This document shows, in pieces, positions 49,401 through 64,000 of a stretch of DNA of 64,000 bases. How positions within the stretch are numbered: the first letter of the stretch is position 1; every line of letters begins with the position of its first letter. Below the pieces are notes generated by a model, which was given only the letters and a program-made list of their open reading frames with translations, was not told where the DNA came from and made no database searches. Source of the DNA: Eledone cirrhosa (lineage: Eukaryota); the NCBI GenBank assembly GCA_964016885.1, contig OZ024744.1:135532001-135596000 (forward strand), written 5' to 3'. The position numbers were made by a program, and so were the translations under genes.

Positions 49401-52400
49401 ACAGACTATTCTCCGACCTGTCATTGGTTGGACAAGTTATTACAGACTATTGTCCTACATGTCATGGGTTGGACAAGTTATTACAGACTATTGTCCTACC
49501 TGTCATGGATTGGACAAGTTATTACAGACTATTGTCCTACATATATGGGTTGGACAAGTTATTACAGACTATTGTCCTACATACATGGGTTGGACAAGTT
49601 ATTACAGACTATTGTCCTACCTGTCATTGGTTGGACAAGGTATTACAGACTATTGTCCTACCTGTCATGGGTTGGACAAGTTATTACAGACTATTCTCCT
49701 ACCTGTCATTGGTTGGACAAGGTATTACAGACTATTGTCCTACCTGTCATGGGTTGGACAAGTTATTACAGACTATTGTCCTACCTATCATGGGTTGTAC
49801 AAGTTATTACAGACTATTGTCCTACATACATGGGTTGGACAAGTTATTACCGACTATTGTCCTACCTGTCATGGGTTGAACAAGTTATTACACACTATTG
49901 TCCTACCTGGCATGGGTTGGGCAAGTTATTACAGACTATTGTCCTACCTGTCATAGGTTGGACAAGTTATTACAGGCTATTGACCTACATACATGGGTTG
50001 GACAAATTATTACAGACTATTGTACTACCTGTCATGGGTTGGACAAGTTATTACAGGCTATTGTCCTACATACATGTGTTGGATAAGTTATTACAGACTA
50101 TTGTCCTACCTGTCATTGGTTGGACAAGGTATTACAGACTATTGTCCTACCTGTCATGGGTTGGACAAGTTATTACAGACTATTTTCCTACCTGTCATGG
50201 GTTGGACAAGTTATTACAGACTATTTTCCTACCTGTCATTGGTTGGACAAGGTATTACAGACTATTGACCTACCTGTCATGGGTTGGACAAGTTATTACA
50301 GGCTATTGTCCTACATACATGGGTTGGACAAGTTATTACAGACTATTGTCCTACCTGTCATGGGTTGGACAAGTTATTACACACTATTGTCCTACCTGTC
50401 ATGGGTTGGACAAGTTATTACAGACTATTGTCCTACCTGTAATGGGCGAGACAAGTTATTACAGACTATTGTCCTACCCGTCACGGGCTGGACAAGTTAT
50501 TACAGACTATTGTCTTACATACATGGGTTGGACAAGTTATTACAGACTATTGTCCTACCTGTCATGGGTTGGACAAGTTATTACACACTATTGTCCTACC
50601 TGTCATGGGTTGGACAAGTTATTACAGACTATTCTCCGACCTGTCATTGGTTGGACAAGGTATTACAGACTATTGTCCTACCTGTCATGGGTTGGACAAG
50701 TTATTACAGACTATTCTCCGACCTGTCATTGGTTGGAAAGGTATTACAGACTATTGTCCTACCTGTCATGGGTTGGACAAGTTATTACAGACTATTCTCC
50801 GACCTGTCATTGGTTGGACAAGTTATTACAGACTATTGTCCTACATGTCATGGGTTGGACAAGTTATTACAGACTATTGTCCTACCTGTCATGGTTTGGA
50901 CAAGTTATTACAGACTATTGTCCTACATATATGGGTTGGACAAGTTATTACAGACTATTGTCCTACCTGTCATTGGTTGGACAAGGTATTACAGACTATT
51001 GTCCTACCTGTCATGGGTTGGACAAGTTATTACAGACTATTCCCCTACCTGTCATTGGTTGGACAAGGTATTACAGACTATTGTCCTACCTGTCATGGGT
51101 TGGACAAGTTATTACAGACTATTGTCCTACATGTCATGGGTTGGACAAGTTATTACAGACTATTGTCCTACATACATGGGTTGGACAAGTTATTACAGAC
51201 TATTGTCGTAGCTGTCATGGGTTGGACAAGTTATTACAGACTATTGTCCTACCTGTCATGGGATGGACAAGTTATTACAGACTATTGTCCTACCTGTCAT
51301 CGGTTGGACAAGTTATTACAGACTATTGTCCTACATACATGGGTTGGACAAGTTATTACAGACTATTGTCCTACCTGTCATGGGATGGACAAGTTATTAC
51401 AGACTATTGTCCTACCTGTCATTGGTTGGACAAGGTATTACAGACTATTGTCCTACCTGTCATGGGTTGGACAAGTTATTACAGACTATTTTCCTACCTG
51501 TCATTGGTTGGACAAGGTATTACAGACTATTGTCCTACCTGTCATGGGTTGGACAAGTTATTACAGACTATTGTACTACCTGTCATGGGTTGGACAAGTT
51601 ATTACAGGCTATTGTCCTACATACATGGGTTGGACAAGTTATTACAGACTATTGTCCTACCTGTCATGGGTTGGACAAGTTATTACACACTATTGTCCTA
51701 CCTGTCATGGGTTGGACACGTTATTACAGACTATTGTCCTACCTGTAATTGGCGAGACAAGTTATTACAGACTATTGTCCTACCCGTCACGGGCTGGACA
51801 AGTTATTACAGACTATTGTCTTACATACATGGGTTGGACAAGTTATTACAGACTATTGTCCTACCTGTCATGGGTTGGACAAGTTATTACACACTATTGT
51901 CCTACCTGTCATGGGTTGGACAAGTTATTACAGACTATTCTCCGACCTGTCATTGGTTGGACAAGGTATTACAGACTATTGTCCTACCTGTCATGGGTTG
52001 GACAAGTTATTACAGACTATTGTCCTACCTGTCATGGTTTGGACAAGTTATTACAGACTATTGTCCTACATATATGGGTTGGACAAGTTATTACAGACTA
52101 TTGTCCTACATACATGGGTTGGACAAGTTATTACAGACTATTGTCCTACCTGTCATTGGTTGGACAAGGTATTACAGACTATTGTCCTACCTGTCATGGG
52201 TTGGACAAGTTATTACAGACTATTCTCCTACCTGTCATTGGTTGGACAAGGTATTACAGACTATTGTCCTACCTGTCATGGGTTGGACAAGTTATTACAG
52301 ACTATTGTCCTACATGTCATGGGTTGGACAAGTTATTACAGACTATTGTCCTACATACATGGGTTGGACAAGTTATTACAGACTATTGTCGTAGCTGTCA

Positions 52401-55400
52401 TGGGTTGGACAAGTTATTACAGACTATTGTCCTACCTGTCATGGGATGGACAAGTTATTACAGACTATTGTCCTACCTGTCATGGGTTGGACAAGTTATT
52501 ACAGACTATTGTCCTACCTCTCATCGGTTGGACAAGTTATTACAGACTATTGTCCTACATACATGGGTTGGACAAGTTATTACAGACTATTGTCCTACCT
52601 GTCATGGGATGGACAAGTTATTACAGACTATTGCCCTACCTGTCATGGGTTGGGCAAGTTATTACAGAGTATTGTCCTACATACATGGGTTGGATAAGTT
52701 ATTACAGACTATTGTCCTACCTGTCATTGGTTGGACAAGGTATTACAGACTATTGTCCTACCTGTCATGGGTTGGACAAATTATTAGAGACTATTTTCCT
52801 ACCTGTCATTGGTTGGACAAGGTATTACAGACTATTGTCTTACCTGTCATGGGTTGGACAAGTTATTACAGACTATTGTCCTACCTGTCATGGGTTGGAC
52901 AAGTTATTACACACTATTGTCCTACCTGTCATGGCTTGGACAAGTTATTACAGACAATCGTCCTACCTGTCATGGGTTGGACAAGTTATTACAGACTATT
53001 GTCCTACCTGTCATGGGTTGGACAAGTTATTACAGACTATTGTCCTACATACATGGGTTGGAGAAGTTATTACAGACTATTGTCCTACCTGTCATTGGTT
53101 GGACAAGGTATTACAGACTATTGTCCTACCTGTCATGGGTTGGACAAATTATTAGAGACTATTTTCCTACCTGTCATTGGTTGGACAAGGTATTACAGAC
53201 TATTGTCCTACCTGTCATGGGTTGGACAAGTTATTACAGACTATTGTCCTACCTGTCATGGGTTGGACAAGTTATTACACACTATTGTCCTACCTGTCAT
53301 GGCTTGGACAAGTTATTACAGACAATCGTCCTACCTGTCATGGGTTGGACAAGTTATTACAGACTATTCTCCGACCTGTCATTGGTTGGACAAGGTATTA
53401 CAGACTATTGTCCTACCTGTCATGGGTTGGACAAGTTATTACAGACTATTGTCCTACCTGTCATGGTTTGGACAAGTTATTACAGACTATTGTCCTACAT
53501 ATATGGGTTGGACAAGTTATTACAGACTATTGTCCTACATACATGGGTTGGACAAGTTATTACAGACTATTGTCCTACCTGTCATTGGTTGGACAAGGTA
53601 TTACAGACTATTGTCCTACCTGTCATGGGTTGGACAAGTTATTACAGACTATTCTCCTACCTGTCATTGGTTGGACAAGGTATTACAGACTATTGTCCTA
53701 CCTGTCATGGGTTGGACAAGTTATTACAGACTATTGTCCTACATGTCATGGGTTGGACAAGTTATTACAGACTATTGTCCTACATACATGGGTTGGACAA
53801 GTTATTACAGACTATTGTCGTAGCTGTCATGGGTTGGACAAGTTATTACAGACTATTGTCCTACCTGTCATGGGATGGACAAGTTATTACAGACTATTGT
53901 CCTACCTGTCATGGGTTGGACAAGTTATTACAGACTATTGTCCTACCTGTCATCGGTTGGACAAGTTATTACAGACTATTGTCCTACATACATGGGTTGG
54001 ACAAGTTATTACAGACTATTGTCCTACCTGTCATGGGATGGACAAGTTATTACAGACTATTGCCCTACCTGTCATGGGTTGGGCAAGTTATTACAGAGTA
54101 TTGTCCTACATACATGGGTTGGATAAGTTATTACAGACTATTGTCCTACCTGTCATTGGTTGGACAAGGTATTACAGACTATTGTCCTACCTGTCATGGG
54201 TTGGACAAATTATTAGAGACTATTTTCCTACCTGTCATTGGTTGGACAAGGTATTACAGACTATTGTCCTACCTGTCATGGGTTGGACAAGTTATTACAG
54301 ACTATTGTCCTACCTGTCATGGGTTGGACAAGTTATTACACACTATTGTCCTACCTGTCATGGCTTGGACAAGTTATTACAGACAATCGTCCTACCTGTC
54401 ATGGGTTGGACAAGTTATTACAGACTATTGTCCTACCTGTCATGGGTTGGACAAGTTATTACAGACTATTGTCCTACATACATGGGTTGGAGAAGTTATT
54501 ACAGACTATTGTCCTACCTGTCATGGGATGGACAAGTTATTACAGACTATTGTCCTACCTGTCATTGGTTGGACAAGTTATTACAGACTATTGTCCTACC
54601 TGTCATGGGTTGGACAAGTTATTACAGACTATTGTCCTACCTGTCATGGTTTGGACAAGTTATTACAGACTATTGTCCTACATACATGGGTTGGAGAAGT
54701 TATTACAGACTATTGTCCTACATACATCGGTTGGACAAGTTATTACAGACTATTGTCCTACCTGTCATTGGTTGGACAAGGTATTACAGACTATTGTCCT
54801 ACCTGTCATGGGTTGGACAAGTTATTACAGACTATTGTCCTACATGTCATGGGTTGGACAAGTTATTACAGACTATTGTCCTACATACATGGGTTGGACA
54901 AGTTATTACAGACTATTGTCCTAGCTGTCATGGGTTGGACAAGTTATTACAGACTATTGTCCTACCTGTTATGGGATGGACAAGTTATTACAGACTATTT
55001 GCCTACCTGTTATCGGTTGGACAAGTTATTACAGACTATTGTCCTACATACATGGGTTGGACAAGTTATTACAGACTATTGTCCTACCTGTCATGGGTTG
55101 GCCAAGTTATTACAGACTATTGTCCTACATACATAGGTTGGACAAGTTATTACAGACTATTGTCCTACCTGTCATGGTTTGGACAAGTTATTACAGACTA
55201 TTGTCCTACCTGTCATGGGTTGGCCAAGTTATTACAGACTATTGTCCTACCTGTCATTGGATGGACAAGTTATTACACACTATTGTCGTACATACATGGG
55301 TTGGACAAGTTATTACAGACTATTGTCCTACATACATGGGTTGGACAAGTTATTACAGACTATTGTCCTACATACATGGGTTGGACAAGTTATTACAGAC

Positions 55401-58400
55401 TATTGTCCTAGCTGTCATGGGTTGGACAAGTTATTACAGACTATTGTCCTACCTGTTATGGGTTGGACAAGTTATTACAGACTATTGTCCTACATACATG
55501 GGTTGGACGAGTTATTACAGACTATTGTCCTACATACATGGGTTGGACAAGTTATTACAGACTATTGTCCTACATACATGGGTTGGACAAGTTATTACAG
55601 ACTATTGTCCTACCTGTCATTGGTTGGACAAGGTATTACAGACTATTGTCCTACCTGTCATGGGTTGGACAAGTTATTACAGACTATTGTCCTACATGTC
55701 ATGGGTTGGACAAGTTATTACAGACTATTGTCCTACATACATGGGTTGGACAAGTTATTACAGACTATTGTCCTAGCTGTCATGGGTTGGACAAGTTATT
55801 ACAGACTATTGTCCTACCTGTTATGGGATGGACAAGTTATTACAGACTATTTGCCTACCTGTCATCGGTTGGACAAGTTATTACAGACTATTGTCCTACA
55901 TACATGGGTTGGACAAGTTATTACAGACTATTGTCCTACCTGTCATGGGTTGGCCAAGTTATTACAGACTATTGTCCTACATACATAGGTTGGACAAGTT
56001 ATTACAGACTATTGTCCTACCTGTCATGGTTTGGACAAGTTATTACAGACTATTGTCCTACCTGTCATGGGTTGGCCAAGTTATTACAGACTATTGTCCT
56101 ACCTGTCATTGGTTGGACAAGTTATTACAGACTATTGTCCTACATACATGGGTTGGACAAGTTATTACAGACTATTGTCCTACATACATGGGTTGGACAA
56201 GTTATTACAGACTATTGTCCTAGCTGTCATGGGTTGGACAAGTTATTACAGACTATTGTCCTACCTGTTATGGGTTGGACAAGTTATTACAGACTATTGT
56301 CCTACATACATGGGTTGGACGAGTTATTACAGACTATTGTCCTACATACATGGGTTGGACAAGTTATTACAGACTATTGTCCTACATACATGGGTTGGAC
56401 AAGTTATTACAGACTATTGTCCTACATACATGGATTGGACAAGTTATTACAGACTATATTGTCCTAGCTCTCATGGGTTGGACAAGTTATTACAGACTAT
56501 TGTCCTACATACATGGGTTGGACAAGTTATTACCGACTATTGTCCTACCTGTCATGGGTTGGACAAGTTATTACACATTATTGTCCTACCTGTCATGGGT
56601 TGGGCAAGTTATTACAGACTATTGTCCTACCTGTCATAGGTTGGACAAGTTATTACAGGCTATTGACCTACATACATGGGTTGGACAAATTATTACAGAC
56701 TATTGTACTACCTGTCATGGGTTGGACAAGTTATTACAGGCTATTGTCCTACATACATGTGTTGGATAAGTTATTACAGACTATTGTCCTACCTGTCATA
56801 GGTTGGACAAGGTATTACAGACTATTGTCCTACCTGTCATGGGTTGGACAAGTTATTACAGACTATTTTCCTACCTGTCATTGGTTGGACAAGGTATTAC
56901 AAACTATTGTCCTACCTGTCATGGGTTGGACAAGTTATTACAGACTATTGTACTACCTGTCATGGGTTGGACAAGTTATTACAGGCTATTGTCCTACATA
57001 CATGGGTTGGACAAGTTATTACAGACTATTGTCCTACCTGTCATGGGTTGGACAAGTTATTACACACTATTGTCCTACCTGTCATGGGTTGGACAAGTTA
57101 TTACAGACTATTGTCCTACCTGTCATGGGTTGGACAAGTTATTACAGACTATTGCCCTACCTGGCATGGGCTGGACAAGTTATTACAGACTATTGTCTTA
57201 CATACATGGGTTGGACAACTTATTACAGACTATTGTCCTACCTGTCATGGGTTGGACAAATTATTACACACTATTGTCCTACCTGTCATGGGTTGGACAA
57301 GTTATTACAGACTATTCTCCGACCTGTCATTGGTTGGACAAGGTATTACAGACTATTGTCCTACCTGTCATGGGTTGGACAAGTTATTACAGACTATTCT
57401 CCGACCTGTCATTGGTTGGACAAGGTATTACAGACTATTGTCCTACCTGTCATGGGTTGGACAAGTTATTACAGACTATTCTCCGACCTGTCATTGGTTG
57501 GACAAGTTATTACAGACTATTGTCCTACATGTCATGGGTTGGACAAGTTATTACAGACTATTGTCCTACCTGTCATGGTTTGGACAAGTTATTACAGACT
57601 ATTGTCCTACATATATGGGTTGGACAAGTTATTACAGACTATTGTCCTACATACATGGGTTGGACAAGTTATTACAGACTATTGCCCTACCTGTCATTGG
57701 TTGGACAAGGTATTACAGACTATTGTCCTACCTGTCATGGGTTGGACAAGTTATTACAGACTATTCTCCTACCTGTCATTGGTTGGACAAGGTATTACAG
57801 ACTATTGTCCTACCTGTCATGGGTTGGACAAGTTATTACAGACTATTGTCCTACATGTCATGGGTTGGACAAGTTAATACAGACTATTGTCCTACATACA
57901 TGGGTTGGACAAGTTATTACAGACTATTGTCGTAGCTGTCATGTGTTGGACAAGTTATTACAGACTATTGTCCTACCTGTCATGGGATGGACAAGTTATT
58001 ACAGACTATTGTCCTACCTGTCATCGGTTGGACAAGTTATTACAGACTATTGTCCTACATACATGGGTTGGACAAGTTATTACAGACTATTGTCCTACCT
58101 GTCATGGGATGGACAAGTTATTACAGACTATTGTCCTACCTGTCATGGATTGGGCAAGTTATTACAGAGTATTGTCCTACATACATGGGTTGGACAAGTT
58201 ATTACAGACTATTGTCCTACCTGTCATTGGTTGGACAAGGTATTACAGACTATTGTCCTACCTGTCATGGGTTGGACAAGTTATTAGAGACTATTTTCCT
58301 ACCTGTCATTGGTTGGACAAGGTATTACAGACTATTGTCCTACCTGTCATGGGTTGGGCAAGTTATTACAGAGTATTGTCCTACATACATGGGTTGGACA

Positions 58401-61400
58401 AGGTATTACAGACTATTGTCCTACCTGTCATGGATTGGACAAGTTATTACAGACTATTGTCCTACCTGTCATGGCTTGGACAAGTTATTACAGACTATTG
58501 TCCTAAATACATGGGTTGGACAAGTTATTACAGACTATTGTCCTACCTGTCATGAGTTGGACAAGTTATTAGACTATTGTCCTACCTGAATTGGGTTGGA
58601 AAAGTTATTACAGACTATTGTCCTACCTGTCATGCGTTGGACAAGTTATTACAGAATATCGTCTTACCTGTCATGGGTTGGACAAGTTATTACAGACATT
58701 TGTCCTACATACATGGGTTGGACGAGTTATTACAGACTATTGTCCTACCTGTCATGGGTTGGACAAGTTATTACAGACTATTGTCCTACCTGTCATGGGT
58801 TGGACAAGTTATTACAGATTATTCTCCTACATATATGGGTTGGACAAGTTATTACAGACTATTGTCCTACATACATGGGTTGGACAAGTTATTACAGACT
58901 ATTGCCCTACCTGTCATTGGTTGGACAAGGTATTACAGACTATTGTCCTACCTGTCATGGGTTGGACAAGTTATTACAGACTATTCTCCTACCTGTCATT
59001 GGTTGGACAAGGTATTACAGACTATTGTCCTACCTGTCATGGGTTGGACAAGTTATTACAGACTATTGTCCTACATGTCATGGGTTGGACAAGTTAATAC
59101 AGACTATTGTCCTACATACATGGGTTGGACAAGTTATTACAGACTATTGTCGTAGCTGTCATGTGTTGGACAAGTTATTACAGACTATTGTCCTACCTGT
59201 CATGGGATGGACAAGTTATTACAGACTATTGTCCTACCTGTCATCGGTTGGACAAGTTATTACAGACTATTGTCCTACATACATGGGTTGGACAAGTTAT
59301 TACAGACTATTGTCCTACCTGTCATGGGATGGACAAGTTATTACAGACTATTGTCCTACCTGTCATGGATTGGGCAAGTTATTACAGAGTATTGTCCTAC
59401 ATACATGGGTTGGACAAGTTATTACAGACTATTGTCCTACCTGTCATTGGTTGGACAAGGTATTACAGACTATTGTCCTACCTGTCATGGGTTGGACAAG
59501 TTATTAGAGACTATTTTCCTACCTGTCATTGGTTGGACAAGGTATTACAGACTATTGTCCTACCTGTCATGGGTTGGGCAAGTTATTACAGAGTATTGTC
59601 CTACATACATGGGTTGGACAAGGTATTACAGACTATTGTCCTACCTGTCATGGATTGGACAAGTTATTACAGACTATTGTCCTACCTGTCATGGCTTGGA
59701 CAAGTTATTACAGACTATTGTCCTAAATACATGGGTTGGACAAGTTATTACAGACTATTGTCCTACCTGTCATGGGTTGGACAAGTTATTACACACTATT
59801 GTCCTACCTGTCATGGGTTGGACAAGTTATTACAGACTATTCTCCGACCTGTCATTGGTTGGACAAGGTATTACAGACTATTGTCCTACCTGTCATGGGT
59901 TGGACAAGTTATTACAGACTATTGTCCTACCTGTCATGGTTTGGACAAGTTATTACAGACTATTGTCCTACATATATGGGTTGGACAAGTTATTACAGAC
60001 TATTGTCCTACATACATGGGTTGGACAAGTTATTACAGACTATTGTCCTACCTGTCATTGGTTGGACAAGGTATTACAGACTATTGTCCTACCTGTCATG
60101 GGTTGGACAAGTTATTACAGACTATTCTCCTACCTGTCATTGGTTGGACAAGGTATTACAGACTATTGTCCTACCTGTCATGGGTTGGACAAGTTATTAC
60201 AGACTATTGTCCTACATGTCATGGGTAGGACAAGTTATTACAGACTATTGTCCTACATACATGGGTTGGACAAGTTATTACAGACTATTGTCGTAGCTGT
60301 CATGGGTTGGACAAGTTATTACAGACTATTGTCCTACCTGTCATGGGATGGACAAGTTATTACAGACTATTGTCCTACCTGTCATGGGTTGGACAAGTTA
60401 TTACAGACTATTGTCCTACCTGTCATCGGTTGGACAAGTTATTACAGACTATTGTCCTACATACATGGGTTGGACAAGTTATTACAGACTATTGTCCTAC
60501 CTGTCATGGGATGGACAATTATTACAGACTATTGCCCTACCTGTCATGGGTTGGGCAAGTTATTACAGAGTATTGTCCTACATACATGGGTTGGATAAGT
60601 TATTACAGACTATTGTCCTACCTGTCATTGGTTGGACAAGGTATTACAGACTATTGTCCTACCTGTCATGGGTTGGACAAATTATTAGAGACTATTTTCC
60701 TACCTGTCATTGGTTGGACAAGGTATTACAGACTATTGTCCTACCTGTCATGGGTTGGACAAGTTATTACAGACTATTGTCCTACCTGTCATGGGTTGGA
60801 CAAGTTATTACACACTATTGTCCTACCTGTCATGGCTTGGACAAGTTATTACAGACAATCGTCCTACCTGTCATGGGTTGGACAAGTTATTACAGACTAT
60901 TGTCCTACCTGTCATGGGTTGGACAAGTTATTACAGACTATTGTCCTACATACATGGGTTGGAGAAGTTATTACAGACTATTGTCCTACCTGTCATGGGA
61001 TGGACAAGTTATTACAGACTATTGTCCTACCTGTCATTGGTTGGACAAGTTATTACAGACTATTGTCCTACCTGTCATGGGTTGGACAAGTTATTACAGA
61101 CTATTGTCCTACCTGTCATGGTTTGGACAAGTTATTACAGACTATTGTCCTACATACATGGGTTGGAGAAGTTATTACAGACTATTGTCCTACATACATG
61201 GGTTGGACAAGTTATTACAGACTATTGTCCTACCTGTCATTGGTTGGACAAGGTATTACAGACTATTGTCCTACCTGTCATGGGTTGGACAAGTTATTAC
61301 AGACTATTGTCCTACATGTCATGGGTTGGACAAGTTATTACAGACTATTGTCCTACATACATGGGTTGGACAAGTTATTACAGACTATTGTCCTAGCTGT

Positions 61401-64000
61401 CATGGGTTGGACAAGTTATTACAGACTATTGTCCTACCTGTTATGGGATGGACAAGTTATTACAGACTATTTGCCTACCTGTCATCGGTTGGACAAGTTA
61501 TTACAGACTATTGTCCTACATACATGGGTTGGACAAGTTATTACAGACTATTGTCCTACCTGTCATGGGTTGGCCAAGTTATTACAGACTATTGTCCTAC
61601 ATACATAGGTTGGACAAGTTATTACAGACTATTGTCCTACCTGTCATGGTTTGGACAAGTTATTACAGACTATTGTCCTACCTGTCATGGGTTGGCCAAG
61701 TTATTACAGACTATTGTCCTACCTGTCATTGGATGGACAAGTTATTACACACTATTGTCGTACATACATGGGTTGGACAAGTTATTACAGACTATTGTCC
61801 TACATACATGGGTTGGACAAGTTATTACAGACTATTGTCCTACATACATGGGTTGGACAAGTTATTACAGACTATTGTCCTAGCTGTCATGGGTTGGACA
61901 AGTTATTACAGACTATTGTCCTACCTGTTATGGGTTGGACAAGTTATTACAGACTATTGTCCTACATACATGGGTTGGACGAGTTATTACAGACTATTGT
62001 CCTACATACATGGGTTGGACAAGTTATTACAGACTATTGTCCTACATACATGGGTTGGACAAGTTATTACAGACTATTGTCCTACATACATGGATTGGAC
62101 AAGTTATTACAGACTATATTGTCCTAGCTCTCATGGGTTGGACAAGTTATTACAGACTATTGTCCTACATACATGGGTTGGACAAGTTATTACAGACTAT
62201 TGTCCTACCTGTCATTGGTTGGACAAGGTATTACAGACTATTGTCCTACCTGTCATGGGTTGGACAAGTTATTACAGACTATTGTCCTACATGTCATGGG
62301 TTGGACAAGTTATTACAGACTATTGTCCTACATACATGGGTTGGACAAGTTATTACAGACTATTTCCTAGCTGTCATGGGTTGGACAAGTTATTACAGAC
62401 TATTGTCCTACCTGTTATGGGATGGACAAGTTATTACAGACTATTTGCCTACCTGTCATCGGTTGGACAAGTTATTACAGACTATTGTCCTACATACATG
62501 GGTTGGACAAGTTATTACAGACTATTGTCCTACCTGTCATGGGTTGGCCAAGTTATTACAGACTATTGTCCTACATACATAGGTTGGACAAGTTATTACA
62601 GACTATTGTCCTACCTGTCATGGTTTGGACAAGTTATTACAGACTATTGTCCTACCTGTCATGGGTTGGCCAAGTTATTACAGACTATTGTCCTACCTGT
62701 CATTGGTTGGACAAGTTATTACAGACTATTGTCCTACATACATGGGTTGGACAAGTTATTACAGACTATTGTCCTACATACATGGGTTGGACAAGTTATT
62801 ACAGACTATTGTCCTAGCTGTCATGGGTTGGACAAGTTATTACAGACTATTGTCCTACCTGTTATGGGTTGGACAAGTTATTACAGACTATTGTCCTACA
62901 TACATGGGTTGGACGAGTTATTACAGACTATTGTCCTACATACATGGGTTGGACAAGTTATTACAGACTATTGTCCTACATACATGGGTTGGACAAGTTA
63001 TTACAGACTATTGTCCTACATACATGGATTGGACAAGTTATTACAGACTATATTGTCCTAGCTCTCATGGGTTGGACAAGTTATTACAGACTATTGTCCT
63101 ACATACATGGGTTGGACAAGTTATTACCGACTATTGTCCTACCTGTCATGGGTTGGACAAGTTATTACACATTATTGTCCTACCTGTCATGGGTTGGGCA
63201 AGTTATTACAGACTATTGTCCTACCTGTCATAGGTTGGACAAGTTATTACAGGCTATTGACCTACATACATGGGTTGGACAAATTATTACAGACTATTGT
63301 ACTACCTGTCATGGGTTGGACAAGTTATTACAGGCTATTGTCCTACATACATGTGTTGGATAAGTTATTACAGACTATTGTCCTACCTGTCATAGGTTGG
63401 ACAAGGTATTACAGACTATTGTCCTACCTGTCATGGGTTGGACAAGTTATTACAGACTATTTTCCTACCTGTCATTGGTTGGACAAGGTATTACAGACTA
63501 TTGTCCTACCTGTCATGGGTTGGACAAGTTATTACAGACTATTGTACTACCTGTCATGGGTTGGACAAGTTATTACAGGCTATTGTCCTACATACATGGG
63601 TTGGACAAGTTATTACAGACTATTGTCCTACCTGTCATGCGTTGGACAAGTTATTACAGAATATCGTCTTACCTGTCATGGGTTGGACAAGTTATTACAG
63701 ACATTTGTCCTACATACATGGGTTGGACGAGTTATTACAGACTATTGTCCTACCTGTCATGGGTTGGACAAGTTATTACAGACTATTGTCCTACCTGTCA
63801 TGGGTTGGACAAGTTATTACAGATTATTCTCCTACATATATGGGTTGGACAAGTTATTACAGACTATTGTCCTACATACATGGGTTGGACAAGTTATTAC
63901 AGACTATTGCCCTACCTGTCATTGGTTGGACAAGGTATTACAGACTATTGTCCTACCTGTCATGGGTTGGACAAGTTATTACAGACTATTCTCCTACCTG
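34445..64000. repeat. 41/40-bp tandem satellite (GGGTTGGACAAGTTATTACAGACTATTGTCCTAC + CTGTCAT or ATACAT), ~725 copies; runs off the right edge
   Basis: Monomer read directly from the sequence; two interspersed length classes. Block duplications at offsets 325, 485, 852, 1180, 1220, 1429, 4847, 6472, 6594 and 10835 bp are seen in matching ORF-track pairs. Confidence 0.99.

Noticed and set aside
34420-63363. Very long overlapping ORFs (up to 1205 aa) in all three + frames
   Set aside because: The monomer lacks stop triplets on +, and 41/40-bp units cycle through frames giving the same peptides; no sign of coding constraint.
34445-64000. CRISPR-like array (short, partly palindromic repeat)
   Set aside because: No unique spacers and no cas genes; eukaryotic intron context.
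1-64000. Centromeric or telomeric identity of the arrays
   Set aside because: No TTAGGG tracts, and nothing in the sequence alone supports centromere function; would need CENP-A ChIP or chromosomal position.

Overview
Eukaryotic (animal) genomic DNA. The SINE/RTE repertoire looks like that of Octopus (inference from recalled repeat families, not checked). There are three blocks: a 48-bp satellite (1-~13350, ~278 copies), a 21-kb transposon-dense middle, and a 41/40-bp satellite (~34445-64000, ~725 copies). The middle hides seven short minus-strand exons, several absent from the ORF track. They have GT-AG ends and splice into the middle/WD40-proximal part of PIK3R4 (Vps15). The last exon carries an apparent 2-nt frameshift. 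Nearly all long ORFs in the track are satellite artefacts. Main observation: both satellites appear to derive from segments of the 3' tail of the RTE-LINE/SINE family present in this window. Each array still ends in that tail, and a small 5'-inverted 'satellite+tail' copy at 28060-28240 suggests the satellite itself can be retrotransposed. Also present: mariner, maT (DD37D), Buster-type hAT, two hAT MITEs with TSDs, two Penelope-like fragments, a CR1 end, tRNA-SINEs, and inverted LINE pairs flanking exons.
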